The notes under the pieces were generated by a model. The model made no database searches. It saw only the letters and a list, made by a program, of their open reading frames with translations, and was not told the origin of the DNA. The position numbers and the translations under genes are program-made. Of a DNA stretch of 27,883 bases, positions 1 to 8,117 are shown in pieces (within the stretch, counting starts at the first letter, position 1; every line of letters begins with the position of its first letter). The DNA comes from an uncultured archaeon (lineage in GTDB: Archaea; Iainarchaeota; Iainarchaeia; Iainarchaeales; DTGL01), in assembly GCA_964551725.1 (NCBI GenBank), contig CAZKED010000017.1:1-27883 (forward strand), in the 5' to 3' direction.

Positions 1-124
1 CTTTTTTCAGTTTTTTTCTTTCCGTGAATTTGATGGGGCGGATTAGCATTAGAATGGACAAAATAACCGCGCAAAGCAGCCATGTCCCAACATGTCGGCT
101 GAAAATAAGCCAAATTATCTCCAT
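1..124 (-). CDS. N-terminal part of a hypothetical membrane protein (runs off the window)
   Basis: Hand translation from ATG at 124 gives MEIIWLIFSRHVGTWLLCAVILSILMLIRPIKFTERKKLKK with no stop before the window edge. It has a hydrophobic helix followed by a basic stretch, and a TATA-like AATATATA lies about 25 nt upstream. Confidence 0.55.
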   Translation of the reverse strand, partial: MEIIWLIFSRHVGTWLLCAVILSILMLIRPIKFTERKKLKK

Positions 125-227
125 GTTTAAATTGGGATTTCGGGGTATATATTCTTTTCCCCAACAAGCCCAATAAGCCGTTACAATTAAATACCTGCAC
201 GGCATAATCCCTACAGTTGGTGGTTTA

Positions 228-674
228 TTGATTTTGAAGTGCAACGGCAACACTCTCACGAAGAAAATGCACCTCTGCACTTTGCGCGAGCTGGAGCATG
301 ACCCGGAAGTCAGCGCAATAGCGCAGGAAGAAGTTACTTCCCTGGGGAACAACGCCTTGGGCGCCTACGATTTTGTCGCCGACTCATCCGGCAAAAAAAT
401 AGGCGTTGAAGTAATGACCCGTCCCACAAAAGGAAAGCTCAAGGAAAAACTCAGATACAAGGAAAACGTGGACCAATTCATTTTCGTGATTCCAAAGCAG
501 CGCCTCTGCTTTTACGAAAAAGAGCCCTTTAAAGTGTTCCCCAGCAAAGCCCGCAAGAAATTCTTTCCCAGCGCGTTCTCCGATCCAAACCTTTTGGTCT
601 GGGTTTACGACATGGAAACAGGAAAAATAGAAAAAAAGGAAAGGTTCAGCAGGGCATTCAACGTCGAACGCTGA
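228..674 (+). CDS. Hypothetical protein, possible PD-(D/E)xK nuclease-like fold
   Basis: 148-aa ORF with TTG start preceded by GGTGGT and an upstream ATTAAATA box. The pattern 'YDFVAD..GKKIGVEV' resembles the D...E-x-K core, but the catalytic Lys is not canonical. Confidence 0.6.
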   Translation: MILKCNGNTLTKKMHLCTLRELEHDPEVSAIAQEEVTSLGNNALGAYDFVADSSGKKIGVEVMTRPTKGKLKEKLRYKENVDQFIFVIPKQRLCFYEKEPFKVFPSKARKKFFPSAFSDPNLLVWVYDMETGKIEKKERFSRAFNVER

Positions 675-746
675 GCCAAAACCGCCGAACAAAAACAGTT
701 AAATATTTTAACCTCTTGCAACGCTTTCTTTAGTATGGCATCCCAA

Positions 747-820
747 GGGCCCGTAGCTCAGCTGGATAGAGCGCCAGCCTTCTAAGCTGGATGTCGGGGG
801 TTCGAATCCCTCCGGGCTCG
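747..820 (+). tRNA. tRNA-Arg (anticodon TCT), no intron, CCA not encoded
   Basis: Acceptor stem GGGCCCG/CGGGCTC, D-arm GCTC..GAGC, anticodon stem CCAGC/GCTGG with loop CT-TCT-AA (anticodon 781-783), T-loop TTCGAAT, discriminator G820. Confidence 0.97.
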
Positions 821-863
821 CTTACTGCCTCTTTCCTTCATAAAAAAAGAAAGCGCAAGTTGT

Positions 864-901
864 GGGAAAGAAAAAAAGAGAAACCGCCGTTCTAGAACGG
901 C
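864..901 (-). terminator. Probable terminator of the surface protein/lipoprotein unit
   Basis: Perfect 16-bp palindrome GCCGTTCTAGAACGGC (886-901) spans the lipoprotein stop codon. On the minus strand it is followed by TTTCTCTTTTTTTCTTT. It is convergent with the tRNA. Confidence 0.55.
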
Positions 902-1080
902 AGTTCCGGCACTTCATTCCCTGCTTCCCCGCCTGTGTCTTCCGCTCCCGGCATTGGAATGTCCGAAGCGCTTGCTCCGTCTTCGCCGTCGCCCGTGTCG
1001 TCGGACGGCAGGAGGCAGCCGCTGAAAGCAACGAACAGAAACATTCCTATTAACAGTGCAGCGGTTATTTTTTCCTTCAT
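892..1080 (-). CDS. Small acidic lipoprotein (62 aa)
   Basis: Signal peptide MKEKITAALLIGMFLFVA followed by lipobox FSGC and an acidic Gly/Asp/Glu tail. SD-like GAGGTGA lies just upstream, 11 nt after the stop of the large gene. Confidence 0.8.
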   Translation of the reverse strand: MKEKITAALLIGMFLFVAFSGCLLPSDDTGDGEDGASASDIPMPGAEDTGGEAGNEVPELPF

Positions 1081-1091
1081 TTCAAATCACC

Positions 1092-4000
1092 TCACTCCGG
1101 CAGCGCGGGAGGCATTTCGCCGCCAGCGCCCAAAAAGCATTCCCCGGCTGTTTTCACTGCAATCGCTTTTCCGTAGTCCTCTGCGCTCAGTATTTTTCCG
1201 CTCGCTTCAATCCATTCCTGTTTCTCCGCATCGTACATGTACGCTGCGAGCAGGTTGCAGCCCATTTCGCTTATTGTTTTGCCGAGCATTCCCTCGAGCA
1301 CCGGAACGAAATTCCAGCCCTCTGCCAGCATTGGAAGGCTTTCAATTGCAACGGGATTCCTTATGTATGCTGATGCATGGCATTCTTCTCCCCCGTTGTA
1401 GAGCCAGTAGGCTTTTCCCATTTCCGGGTTTGTTACTCTTTTGTATTTTTTCTCAAAGGCGTCGTATTCCAGCAAACTGAATTTTTCCGTCTCGCAGGGC
1501 GTGGATTCAACCACCTCCAGTTCTCCGGGGAAGGAAATAAGACTCCAGCCGCTGTACATTGTGAACTTGACCAGTTCTCCCGAATGCTTTTTTGTCACAA
1601 TGAATTCCGCGGAGTCAAATCCAATGTAATTCGCTTTTATGGAGAAGTCCCCCATTGTAACGCTTTCCCCTTCCGCGAGGGTGAAAACCCTGTAGGGAGT
1701 CGGCGGCATTTCAATGGGTTCAACTTTTTTAACGAGCGCCCCTGCATTTGTTGCTGTAGAAATAGCCTTCTGCGCGGTTGTTGTGGCGGAAACAGCATTC
1801 TGTGCGGTTGTCTTCTGTATTATCTGCTGTGAAACCGCTTCCTTGAGCACTTCCTCTGCTGAAACCTGCCCTGTCTGCGCCTGCGAGAGGAAGAAGTTCG
1901 TGACGCTTATCCTTGCCTCTCTGTGGTACTCGCTTTCTGTGCCCTGTCCGTTTTCCTCCGGTTGGGACGGAATGGATATCTGTTCGATTATGTTCAGGAG
2001 GTCAATCCTCATGTTGGCTTCGAGCACCCTTGCACCCTGCCCTTCCAAGAGCTTGAATGGCTCGTCAACATGCACGTTTTTCACATCGGGCTCTTCTTCC
2101 TCGACAATAAAATACGCCATTTCGCCCCCGTATTTTGTGAAGGTTATTTTAACTTCGTAGATGCTTATTGATTCTCCCACGCTTAATTCATAGGTTTGCC
2201 TGTAGTACGCCGGCAGTGTTTCCTCGGCTACGGCTATCTGCTGGGTTGCGGTGGAAACGCCTCCCTGCGCGCCCCCCGCCATTGCGCTTGAAACCATTGA
2301 AACGTTTCCGGTGTACGCGTTTGAAACAGCCTTTGTTTCTGTTGCTTTTTCCTGCTTAGTCACTTCCATCGGCTTGAGCACAGGCATGGTTCTCCAGATT
2401 CTGATGGTTGCCTTTGCCGATTCACTTCCAGGGGTTCCCGCGGTAAAGGGCAGTTGTTCCAGGTATATGTACAGGTCCTTTTCCTTAACGAGCGCTGTCT
2501 GTGTTTCCTTGAGCGGGAATTCCTCGCCGAGTTCTACTATAATTTCCCCGCCGTCCGGCTTTTTTATCATGAATGATGCCCTTTCGTCCGCGACCCTGAG
2601 GGCGTGAATCGTGTAGCCGAAAACCTGCCTTTTCTCGCCCTGCCTCAGTGAAACCTCCGCGCCGGCGTTTGAGCAGTACTGCCCTTTGGGGCAGGGCTCC
2701 TGCTCAAGATTTTCCACGGAAAGTTTTGCGATATTTCTCTTATCGCAGTAAATAATGTTTTCAGTGCTTTCCTCTTTTTCAGTGTACTGGCATGCTGCTC
2801 CTATTATTGAATTGAGCGTTACTTTGAGCAGCCTGCTCTTCACTTCCTCGGTGTTGGGTTTTCCGCTTAAGAGTATGGCGGACTGCTGAACTTTCAGCGT
2901 GAAATTGTAGCCGAGGTAAGCGTTGACCGGAGTGTATGGTTCCTCTTTTGAAATGCTCATTACCGCAATCGGCTCTGACCCAATGCATCTAGTGCCCTCG
3001 TATTCCCCGCAGCGTGTCATCACTATTTCGTGCAGTGCTATCTCGTGCCCGAATGCCTTGGCGGTTTCCCCCGGTTCAAGGCTTGTGTAAACCACCGTTC
3101 CCTCTGTTACAGCACTTGAAGAGGTTGCCACCCCGTAGTCTGCCCATATTTCAACGGCTATTTTTGAATCCCCTGCTTTGACCACTTCCAAGTGCAGGCC
3201 TGTTTCCCTGGTTACGGCGGTCTGCTTTTCCTTTATTTTGAATTGTTCACCGAGGTTGACGTAAATTGTTGTGTCGGCGCTTTCGAGCATTTGCTCGAAT
3301 TCCGCCATGTATTTCTGCACCAAGGTAATCGCTTCGTGCTCTGTGTTAAGCATCTGCCACCTTACCTTGTTTTCCTTGCTGTTCCAGTTTGCGTATGCGG
3401 TGTAAATGCTTAAATCGGTGGGGCAACTGCCTGTATAAGAGCAGTCGTCCAGTTTTTCTATTTCGAAGAATCCCGCACTGTCAAGCGAGTCCATGAATTC
3501 TGCAACCTGTTCCTGGGTTATCCTTCCTTTCATTTTCCTTGACTGGTTGGAATAGCGGTATTCCATCGTTTCGGTCATTTCGCCGTTGTTGTGCAGCCTG
3601 AATGTCTTCGAATAGCCCCCGAACCCGTTTTCCTCCGTGTGAATGAACACGGGTCCGACGTAGACGGGTGGTTCAACGCATTCATAGCCAACCAAACAGT
3701 TCTGCCCGTTTATTTCCCTGTAAACCGGCTCCACTTCACCGTTGGGGCAGTACGGGTATACAGCCGCTATGGCGGGGCATTCGCTCGGCTCTTCGCAGGC
3801 AGAGCAGTTGTCCCATGCTATGAGTTCGCCTGTGCACGAATCATACCATCCCTCGCTTTCCGTTCCAATCTTGTCGCATTTCGCCTCGCATCCCTCGCAG
3901 TTCTCCCACCTGATAAGTCCGCCCTTGCAGGAATACCATCCCTCCGAGCGAGTTCCTATGTTCCTGCAGGTGGGCTTGCAGCATTTTTCAGGGGTAACGC

Positions 4001-4982
4001 CCTCGCATAAATATTCCAGCACGGGGTATTTCTGCACTCCTTCGGCGCAGAATTCCTCCAGCGTGTTGAAAGTGGACCTTCCCTGTCCGACGCAGTCTTC
4101 CGGGCAACTGCACACGCTCTCAATGCCCTCGCATTTGCCGTTCCCACAGTTTATGCATATTCCGACAGGCCATCCGCTCACAAGCCCTGTTTCATAGCAT
4201 TTGTCCGCGATTGAAATACGGGTGTCCATTCCCGCCTCGAATTCCGTCAGACCGGAGCAGCATTCGCTTGGGTATTCATCAGTGAAAACCTTGGAGTAGT
4301 GCTCGCCCCCCGCGGCGCACTCGCTTTTAATGCACGCTCCATCCTTGCATCCCGCGGGGCATTCGTATTGGGCTGTTCTTAAATATTCGTCTTCGCAGTA
4401 AACTTCCGCCAGCGTCTTGTTGTCGTTCCTGCAGCCGTCGGTTGAAGTGACAATCTGCCCGTTTTCATAGCCCGTAGCGGTTCCCTTTACGTAATAATTC
4501 TTTCCCCCGTCTGAGTCTACGCAGTTTCGCGCTGCAGCAAGCGCTGTCTGGCATTCCTTTTTTGTTCTGAATGTCTGCAGTCCGTAGTACATGAACGCTC
4601 CACAGAATTCCTTGTAACCGCATTCCGTGCTTTCATTGTCGAACCAGTAGTAGTAAGTGCATTCCAGTGGCGTCGGCTGAGGCGTAATCTGCGTTATTGT
4701 TGGCGTTGGGCTTGGTGTTGGTGTCGGGGTTTGCTCTGAAAGCGCTTCCTCGCATTCTTTTAGGGTGGGAAAGGTCTGCAGTCCGTAGTACATGAAGGTT
4801 CCGCAGAATTCTTTGTATCCGCATTCCTGCGTTGAGTCATCGAACCAGTAATAGTAATCGCATCCATCCTGCGCGTTGCCGTTGCCATTGCCCGTTGTAT
4901 TGGGGGCAATTGCCGCCGGCAGCGCGGCAATTGAAGCGAGCAATATTAAAAGAATAAAAATTGAATACGGAAACCTTTCCAC
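1092..4982 (-). CDS. Large secreted Cys-rich multidomain cell-surface protein (1296 aa)
   Basis: GTG start with SD GAGGTGGTG and a signal peptide. Contains two 41-aa Cys repeats with a PT linker, a CxDSDGG..KG module, two IGTxSEGWY repeats, four 'V.LGE.F.L...Q.A' beta-type repeats and C-terminal GWSL/GWNF repeats. Confidence 0.9.
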   Translation of the reverse strand: MERFPYSIFILLILLASIAALPAAIAPNTTGNGNGNAQDGCDYYYWFDDSTQECGYKEFCGTFMYYGLQTFPTLKECEEALSEQTPTPTPSPTPTITQITPQPTPLECTYYYWFDNESTECGYKEFCGAFMYYGLQTFRTKKECQTALAAARNCVDSDGGKNYYVKGTATGYENGQIVTSTDGCRNDNKTLAEVYCEDEYLRTAQYECPAGCKDGACIKSECAAGGEHYSKVFTDEYPSECCSGLTEFEAGMDTRISIADKCYETGLVSGWPVGICINCGNGKCEGIESVCSCPEDCVGQGRSTFNTLEEFCAEGVQKYPVLEYLCEGVTPEKCCKPTCRNIGTRSEGWYSCKGGLIRWENCEGCEAKCDKIGTESEGWYDSCTGELIAWDNCSACEEPSECPAIAAVYPYCPNGEVEPVYREINGQNCLVGYECVEPPVYVGPVFIHTEENGFGGYSKTFRLHNNGEMTETMEYRYSNQSRKMKGRITQEQVAEFMDSLDSAGFFEIEKLDDCSYTGSCPTDLSIYTAYANWNSKENKVRWQMLNTEHEAITLVQKYMAEFEQMLESADTTIYVNLGEQFKIKEKQTAVTRETGLHLEVVKAGDSKIAVEIWADYGVATSSSAVTEGTVVYTSLEPGETAKAFGHEIALHEIVMTRCGEYEGTRCIGSEPIAVMSISKEEPYTPVNAYLGYNFTLKVQQSAILLSGKPNTEEVKSRLLKVTLNSIIGAACQYTEKEESTENIIYCDKRNIAKLSVENLEQEPCPKGQYCSNAGAEVSLRQGEKRQVFGYTIHALRVADERASFMIKKPDGGEIIVELGEEFPLKETQTALVKEKDLYIYLEQLPFTAGTPGSESAKATIRIWRTMPVLKPMEVTKQEKATETKAVSNAYTGNVSMVSSAMAGGAQGGVSTATQQIAVAEETLPAYYRQTYELSVGESISIYEVKITFTKYGGEMAYFIVEEEEPDVKNVHVDEPFKLLEGQGARVLEANMRIDLLNIIEQISIPSQPEENGQGTESEYHREARISVTNFFLSQAQTGQVSAEEVLKEAVSQQIIQKTTAQNAVSATTTAQKAISTATNAGALVKKVEPIEMPPTPYRVFTLAEGESVTMGDFSIKANYIGFDSAEFIVTKKHSGELVKFTMYSGWSLISFPGELEVVESTPCETEKFSLLEYDAFEKKYKRVTNPEMGKAYWLYNGGEECHASAYIRNPVAIESLPMLAEGWNFVPVLEGMLGKTISEMGCNLLAAYMYDAEKQEWIEASGKILSAEDYGKAIAVKTAGECFLGAGGEMPPALPE
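4539..4862 (-). repeat. Intragenic tandem duplication of a 41-codon Cys module (4740-4862 and 4539-4661)
   Basis: CDYYYWFDDSTQECGYKEFCGTFMYYGLQTFPTLKECEEAL versus CTYYYWFDNESTECGYKEFCGAFMYYGLQTFRTKKECQTAL. Both copies share the DNA stretch GTCTGCAGTCCGTAGTACATGAA. Confidence 0.9.
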
Positions 4983-5139
4983 AAAACACCACCTCTTGGA
5001 AAAACTGAAAAATTTTTGATAGAATTATGCGTTCAAGTTATTTAATCCTTTTGTTTTTTGTTAGGCGGAAGCCGCGCGGGCAAAAAAACGAAAAAACGGC
5101 GAAAGCAAAAAAAGCGGAATTCCTTCCTTTCAGGCGCTT

Positions 5140-5910
5140 TCAGCCGAGCGCGAGCAGCGCCACTTCGTAAATATTGGAAACTTCCCTGACTTCCATTCCG
5201 TACTGCTCGTACATTGCGGCGTTCAGGTCAACTGTAACGGGCTCGTACCACGTGCGCTGCCAGTAAAAGCCCCCGCGCTTCTTTTCCTCGGTCTTTTTTT
5301 CGTAGAATACCGCGGTGCTCTGCCCCGGCGGAACCAAAAACAGATTTATGCCGTTTTCCGCAGCAGCCTGCGCTTTTTCGGGAATTCCGCCCACCTGCCC
5401 TATGGAGCCGTTCTCGTTTATTGTTCCAGTTATTGCAATGTCCTCCCTTACGGGCTCTTCCTCTATTGCGGCAATAGTTGCAACCGTGAGTGCTGCGCCC
5501 GCGCTCGGCCCCCCAATGAGTTGCGCGTCGCCCGCATCCACAGAATAAATTATGTCTTTCTCCGAGCAGTCTTTTCCCGTTATTTCCTGCGCGACCGTTC
5601 TCGCAACGTCAATGGAGTACTGCGTGTCCGGTTCAACGAAAGGGTTTGTGTTGAACAGAATGCGTCCTTTTCCGTCTCTTATTTCCACTTCCGCGCTTGA
5701 CAGCATTCCTCCGCCCTGGCTTGTAACCGCGACAATGTTCACGTGCGATGCAAACGTGCCTGTTCCCAGCGGCTCCTGGGAATGTTCCGGCAAACCGGTC
5801 TGCGGCGCTCCTGTTACGCCGTAAATTTCCTGAACAATCATTCCGCTGAACAGACCGAAGAAAAACACGGACGCGATGAGCAATAAAAGAATTTTTGATT
5901 GAGAGTGCAT
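5140..5910 (-). CDS. Membrane-anchored S16 (Lon proteolytic domain-only) serine protease
   Basis: N-terminal TM helix, catalytic Ser motif IGGPSAGAA, 'ITGTINENGSIGQVGGIPEKA' with the catalytic Lys, and no AAA+ module. ATG 5910 preferred over GTG 5946 because a GGGGAG element precedes it. Confidence 0.9.
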   Translation of the reverse strand: MHSQSKILLLLIASVFFFGLFSGMIVQEIYGVTGAPQTGLPEHSQEPLGTGTFASHVNIVAVTSQGGGMLSSAEVEIRDGKGRILFNTNPFVEPDTQYSIDVARTVAQEITGKDCSEKDIIYSVDAGDAQLIGGPSAGAALTVATIAAIEEEPVREDIAITGTINENGSIGQVGGIPEKAQAAAENGINLFLVPPGQSTAVFYEKKTEEKKRGGFYWQRTWYEPVTVDLNAAMYEQYGMEVREVSNIYEVALLALG

Positions 5911-5953
5911 ACAATCATCTCCCCGAGAAAGATTAAAAAATTTCACTATTTTT

Positions 5954-6610
5954 TCAGGCGGAAAGCGCTTGCGCGGCTTCCTTTTTCTTTCTTTTCTTTA
6001 TTTTCTTGAGTGTGAAAATGGTTTCCCTTTCCCTTTCCTCCAGCCGCAGTTCTATGTATGTCTTTATCGCGGTCATCCTCGGAATGGTTACCTTTTCAAG
6101 CGAATTCACTTTGCGCTTTGTGCGGTTTATTTCAAACGCGAGTTTTTCGAGCAAGGATTCCTTTTCCGCAAGCGTTACGATTTTTTCCAGGGAGGATTCA
6201 AACAACGAGGCGGAATCGTCAAGCGAGGAGGTCGAATCGGGAATCCTGTAACCGCGTTCCGCCAAGTTCCTTTTGATTTCGCTTGCTTCGACCACCGGCA
6301 CGTGCGCTCCCATTATGTTCCTTTCCATGAGGGAAATGCTCGCACTGGAAGTCCTTGAAGCCGCCAGCGCTGCCTGCGACACCATGAGCCTTCCCATCTG
6401 CGCTTCCGCCACGGCGAGCGAAGTGTATGCTTCAGAGAGAATGCCCTCAGTTTCCTCCCTCAACGACTTTGCCGCGCTGAGTTCCCTGTAGAATTCGTTG
6501 AACAGGGCATCGCGCTTTTCCTTGAGGAGTTTGTGTCCTTTTTCCGCCAGTTCAATTCTTTTCCTTATTTTCAGGAGTTCCATTCTTGTCGGTTTCACGC
6601 TTGAAATCAT
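5954..6610 (-). CDS. atpD: A/V-type ATP synthase subunit D
   Basis: KPTRMEL..., AEKGHKLLKEKRDAL, TKRKVNSLE, LEERERE motifs and operon position. Confidence 0.96.
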   Translation of the reverse strand: MISSVKPTRMELLKIRKRIELAEKGHKLLKEKRDALFNEFYRELSAAKSLREETEGILSEAYTSLAVAEAQMGRLMVSQAALAASRTSSASISLMERNIMGAHVPVVEASEIKRNLAERGYRIPDSTSSLDDSASLFESSLEKIVTLAEKESLLEKLAFEINRTKRKVNSLEKVTIPRMTAIKTYIELRLEERERETIFTLKKIKKRKKKEAAQALSA

Positions 6611-6617
6611 TTTTCGC

Positions 6618-8117
6618 TCACTTCTTTTTCCTGCGCTTCTTCCGCGGCTTCCTTTTCCCTTCCACTTTTTTCTTTTTTTCCGCGGCTTTGGCGGGCTTTT
6701 CCTTTTTCACAGCATTCCCGGCCGGCTTTCCCTCTTTTTTTGCCTCCCCCCCGTGCATATATTTTTCAATGTACTCGAGGTGGATTCTCTTGAGCTCCCT
6801 TTCAGGGATTATGCTGAAAAGCTCCCATCCTATTCCCAGCGTTTCCTGAATGCTCCTGTCATCGTTGTATTCCTGCCGCACGAATTTTTTCTCGAATTCC
6901 GAGGCGAATTTCAGGAATTTTTTGTCCCGCTCCGTGAGGGCTTCCTCTCCCACCACCGCCACCAGGTCCTTTTTGTCCATTCCTTCGGCGTACGCTGCAT
7001 AGCACTGGCTCGATACGTCGTAGTGGTCCTCGCGCGTTTTTTCCGAGCCGATTCCCGCGTTCATAAGCCTGCTCAGCGATGGCCTCACGTCTATGGGTGG
7101 GTAAACGTTTTCGCGGTGCAGTGCCCTGCTTAACACTATCTGTCCCTCGGTAATGTATCCCGTGTTGTCAGGTATCGGGTGCGTTTTGTCGTCGTCGGGC
7201 ATTGAAAGAATTGGCAGCTGTGTTATCGAGCCTTTTCTGCCCTTTATCCTGCCCGCCCTTTCGTAAATGCTCGCCAGGTCCGTGTACATGTATCCGGGGT
7301 AGCCCCTGCGACCAGGCACTTCTTCGCGTGCAGAGCTTATTTCCCGCAATGCCTCGCAGTAATTGGTCATGTCCGTTAGAATGACCAGAATGTGCATTCC
7401 TTTTTCAAATGCGAGAAATTCAGCCGCGGTGAGAGCAATCCTCGGCGTGATTATGCGCTCTATTGCCGGGTCGTCAGCGAAGTTCAGGAACATTACAACT
7501 TTTTCCAGTGCGCCCGTTTTTTCAAATTCTTTCCTGAAAAAGTTTGCTTCTTCGTGCGTTGAGCCCATTGACGCGAACACTATTGCAAACCTTTCCTTTT
7601 CCCCGAGCACTTTCGCCTGCCTTGCAATCTGTGCTGCCAGCTTGTTGTGCGGCAGTCCCGCTCCTGAAAACAGCGGAAGCTTTTGCCCGCGCACCAGAGT
7701 GTTCATGCCGTCGATCGCGCTTACTCCCGTCTGTATGAAATCGTTGGGGTTGTCCCTGCTCGTGGGATTTATGGGGTAGCCGTTGATGTCCAGTTCTTTT
7801 TCGCCGATTATTTCCGGGCCGCCGTCAACCGGTCTGCCCAGTCCATCGAATACCCTGCCGAGCATGTCCTCGTTGACCTTGAGCTTGCTTGTTTCCCCCA
7901 GGAATTTCACGCTTGATTTTTTGACATCAATTCCGTCCGTGCCCTCGAACACCTGTATTACTGCCATGTTTTCCGTTACCTCGAGCACCTGTCCGTTTTT
8001 TTCCTTTCCGTCCGGCAGTTTCACCCTGACCATTTCCTGGAATTTTACGTTCTTTGTGTTCTTGACGAAGAGTAAGGGCCCTGAAATGCTGTCGATTGTG
8101 TTGTATTCCTTTATCAT
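6618..8117 (-). CDS. atpB: A/V-type ATP synthase subunit B
   Basis: [65 protein letters not shown]. Confidence 0.98.
   Translation of the reverse strand: MIKEYNTIDSISGPLLFVKNTKNVKFQEMVRVKLPDGKEKNGQVLEVTENMAVIQVFEGTDGIDVKKSSVKFLGETSKLKVNEDMLGRVFDGLGRPVDGGPEIIGEKELDINGYPINPTSRDNPNDFIQTGVSAIDGMNTLVRGQKLPLFSGAGLPHNKLAAQIARQAKVLGEKERFAIVFASMGSTHEEANFFRKEFEKTGALEKVVMFLNFADDPAIERIITPRIALTAAEFLAFEKGMHILVILTDMTNYCEALREISSAREEVPGRRGYPGYMYTDLASIYERAGRIKGRKGSITQLPILSMPDDDKTHPIPDNTGYITEGQIVLSRALHRENVYPPIDVRPSLSRLMNAGIGSEKTREDHYDVSSQCYAAYAEGMDKKDLVAVVGEEALTERDKKFLKFASEFEKKFVRQEYNDDRSIQETLGIGWELFSIIPERELKRIHLEYIEKYMHGGEAKKEGKPAGNAVKKEKPAKAAEKKKKVEGKRKPRKKRRKKK

Noticed and set aside
747-820. tRNA-Arg as an integration site
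   Set aside because: No duplicate of its 3' end and no integrase were seen in the window.
4539-4862. Diversity-generating retroelement TR/VR pair
   Set aside because: Both copies are in frame in the same gene, the differences are not confined to adenines, and no reverse transcriptase is nearby.
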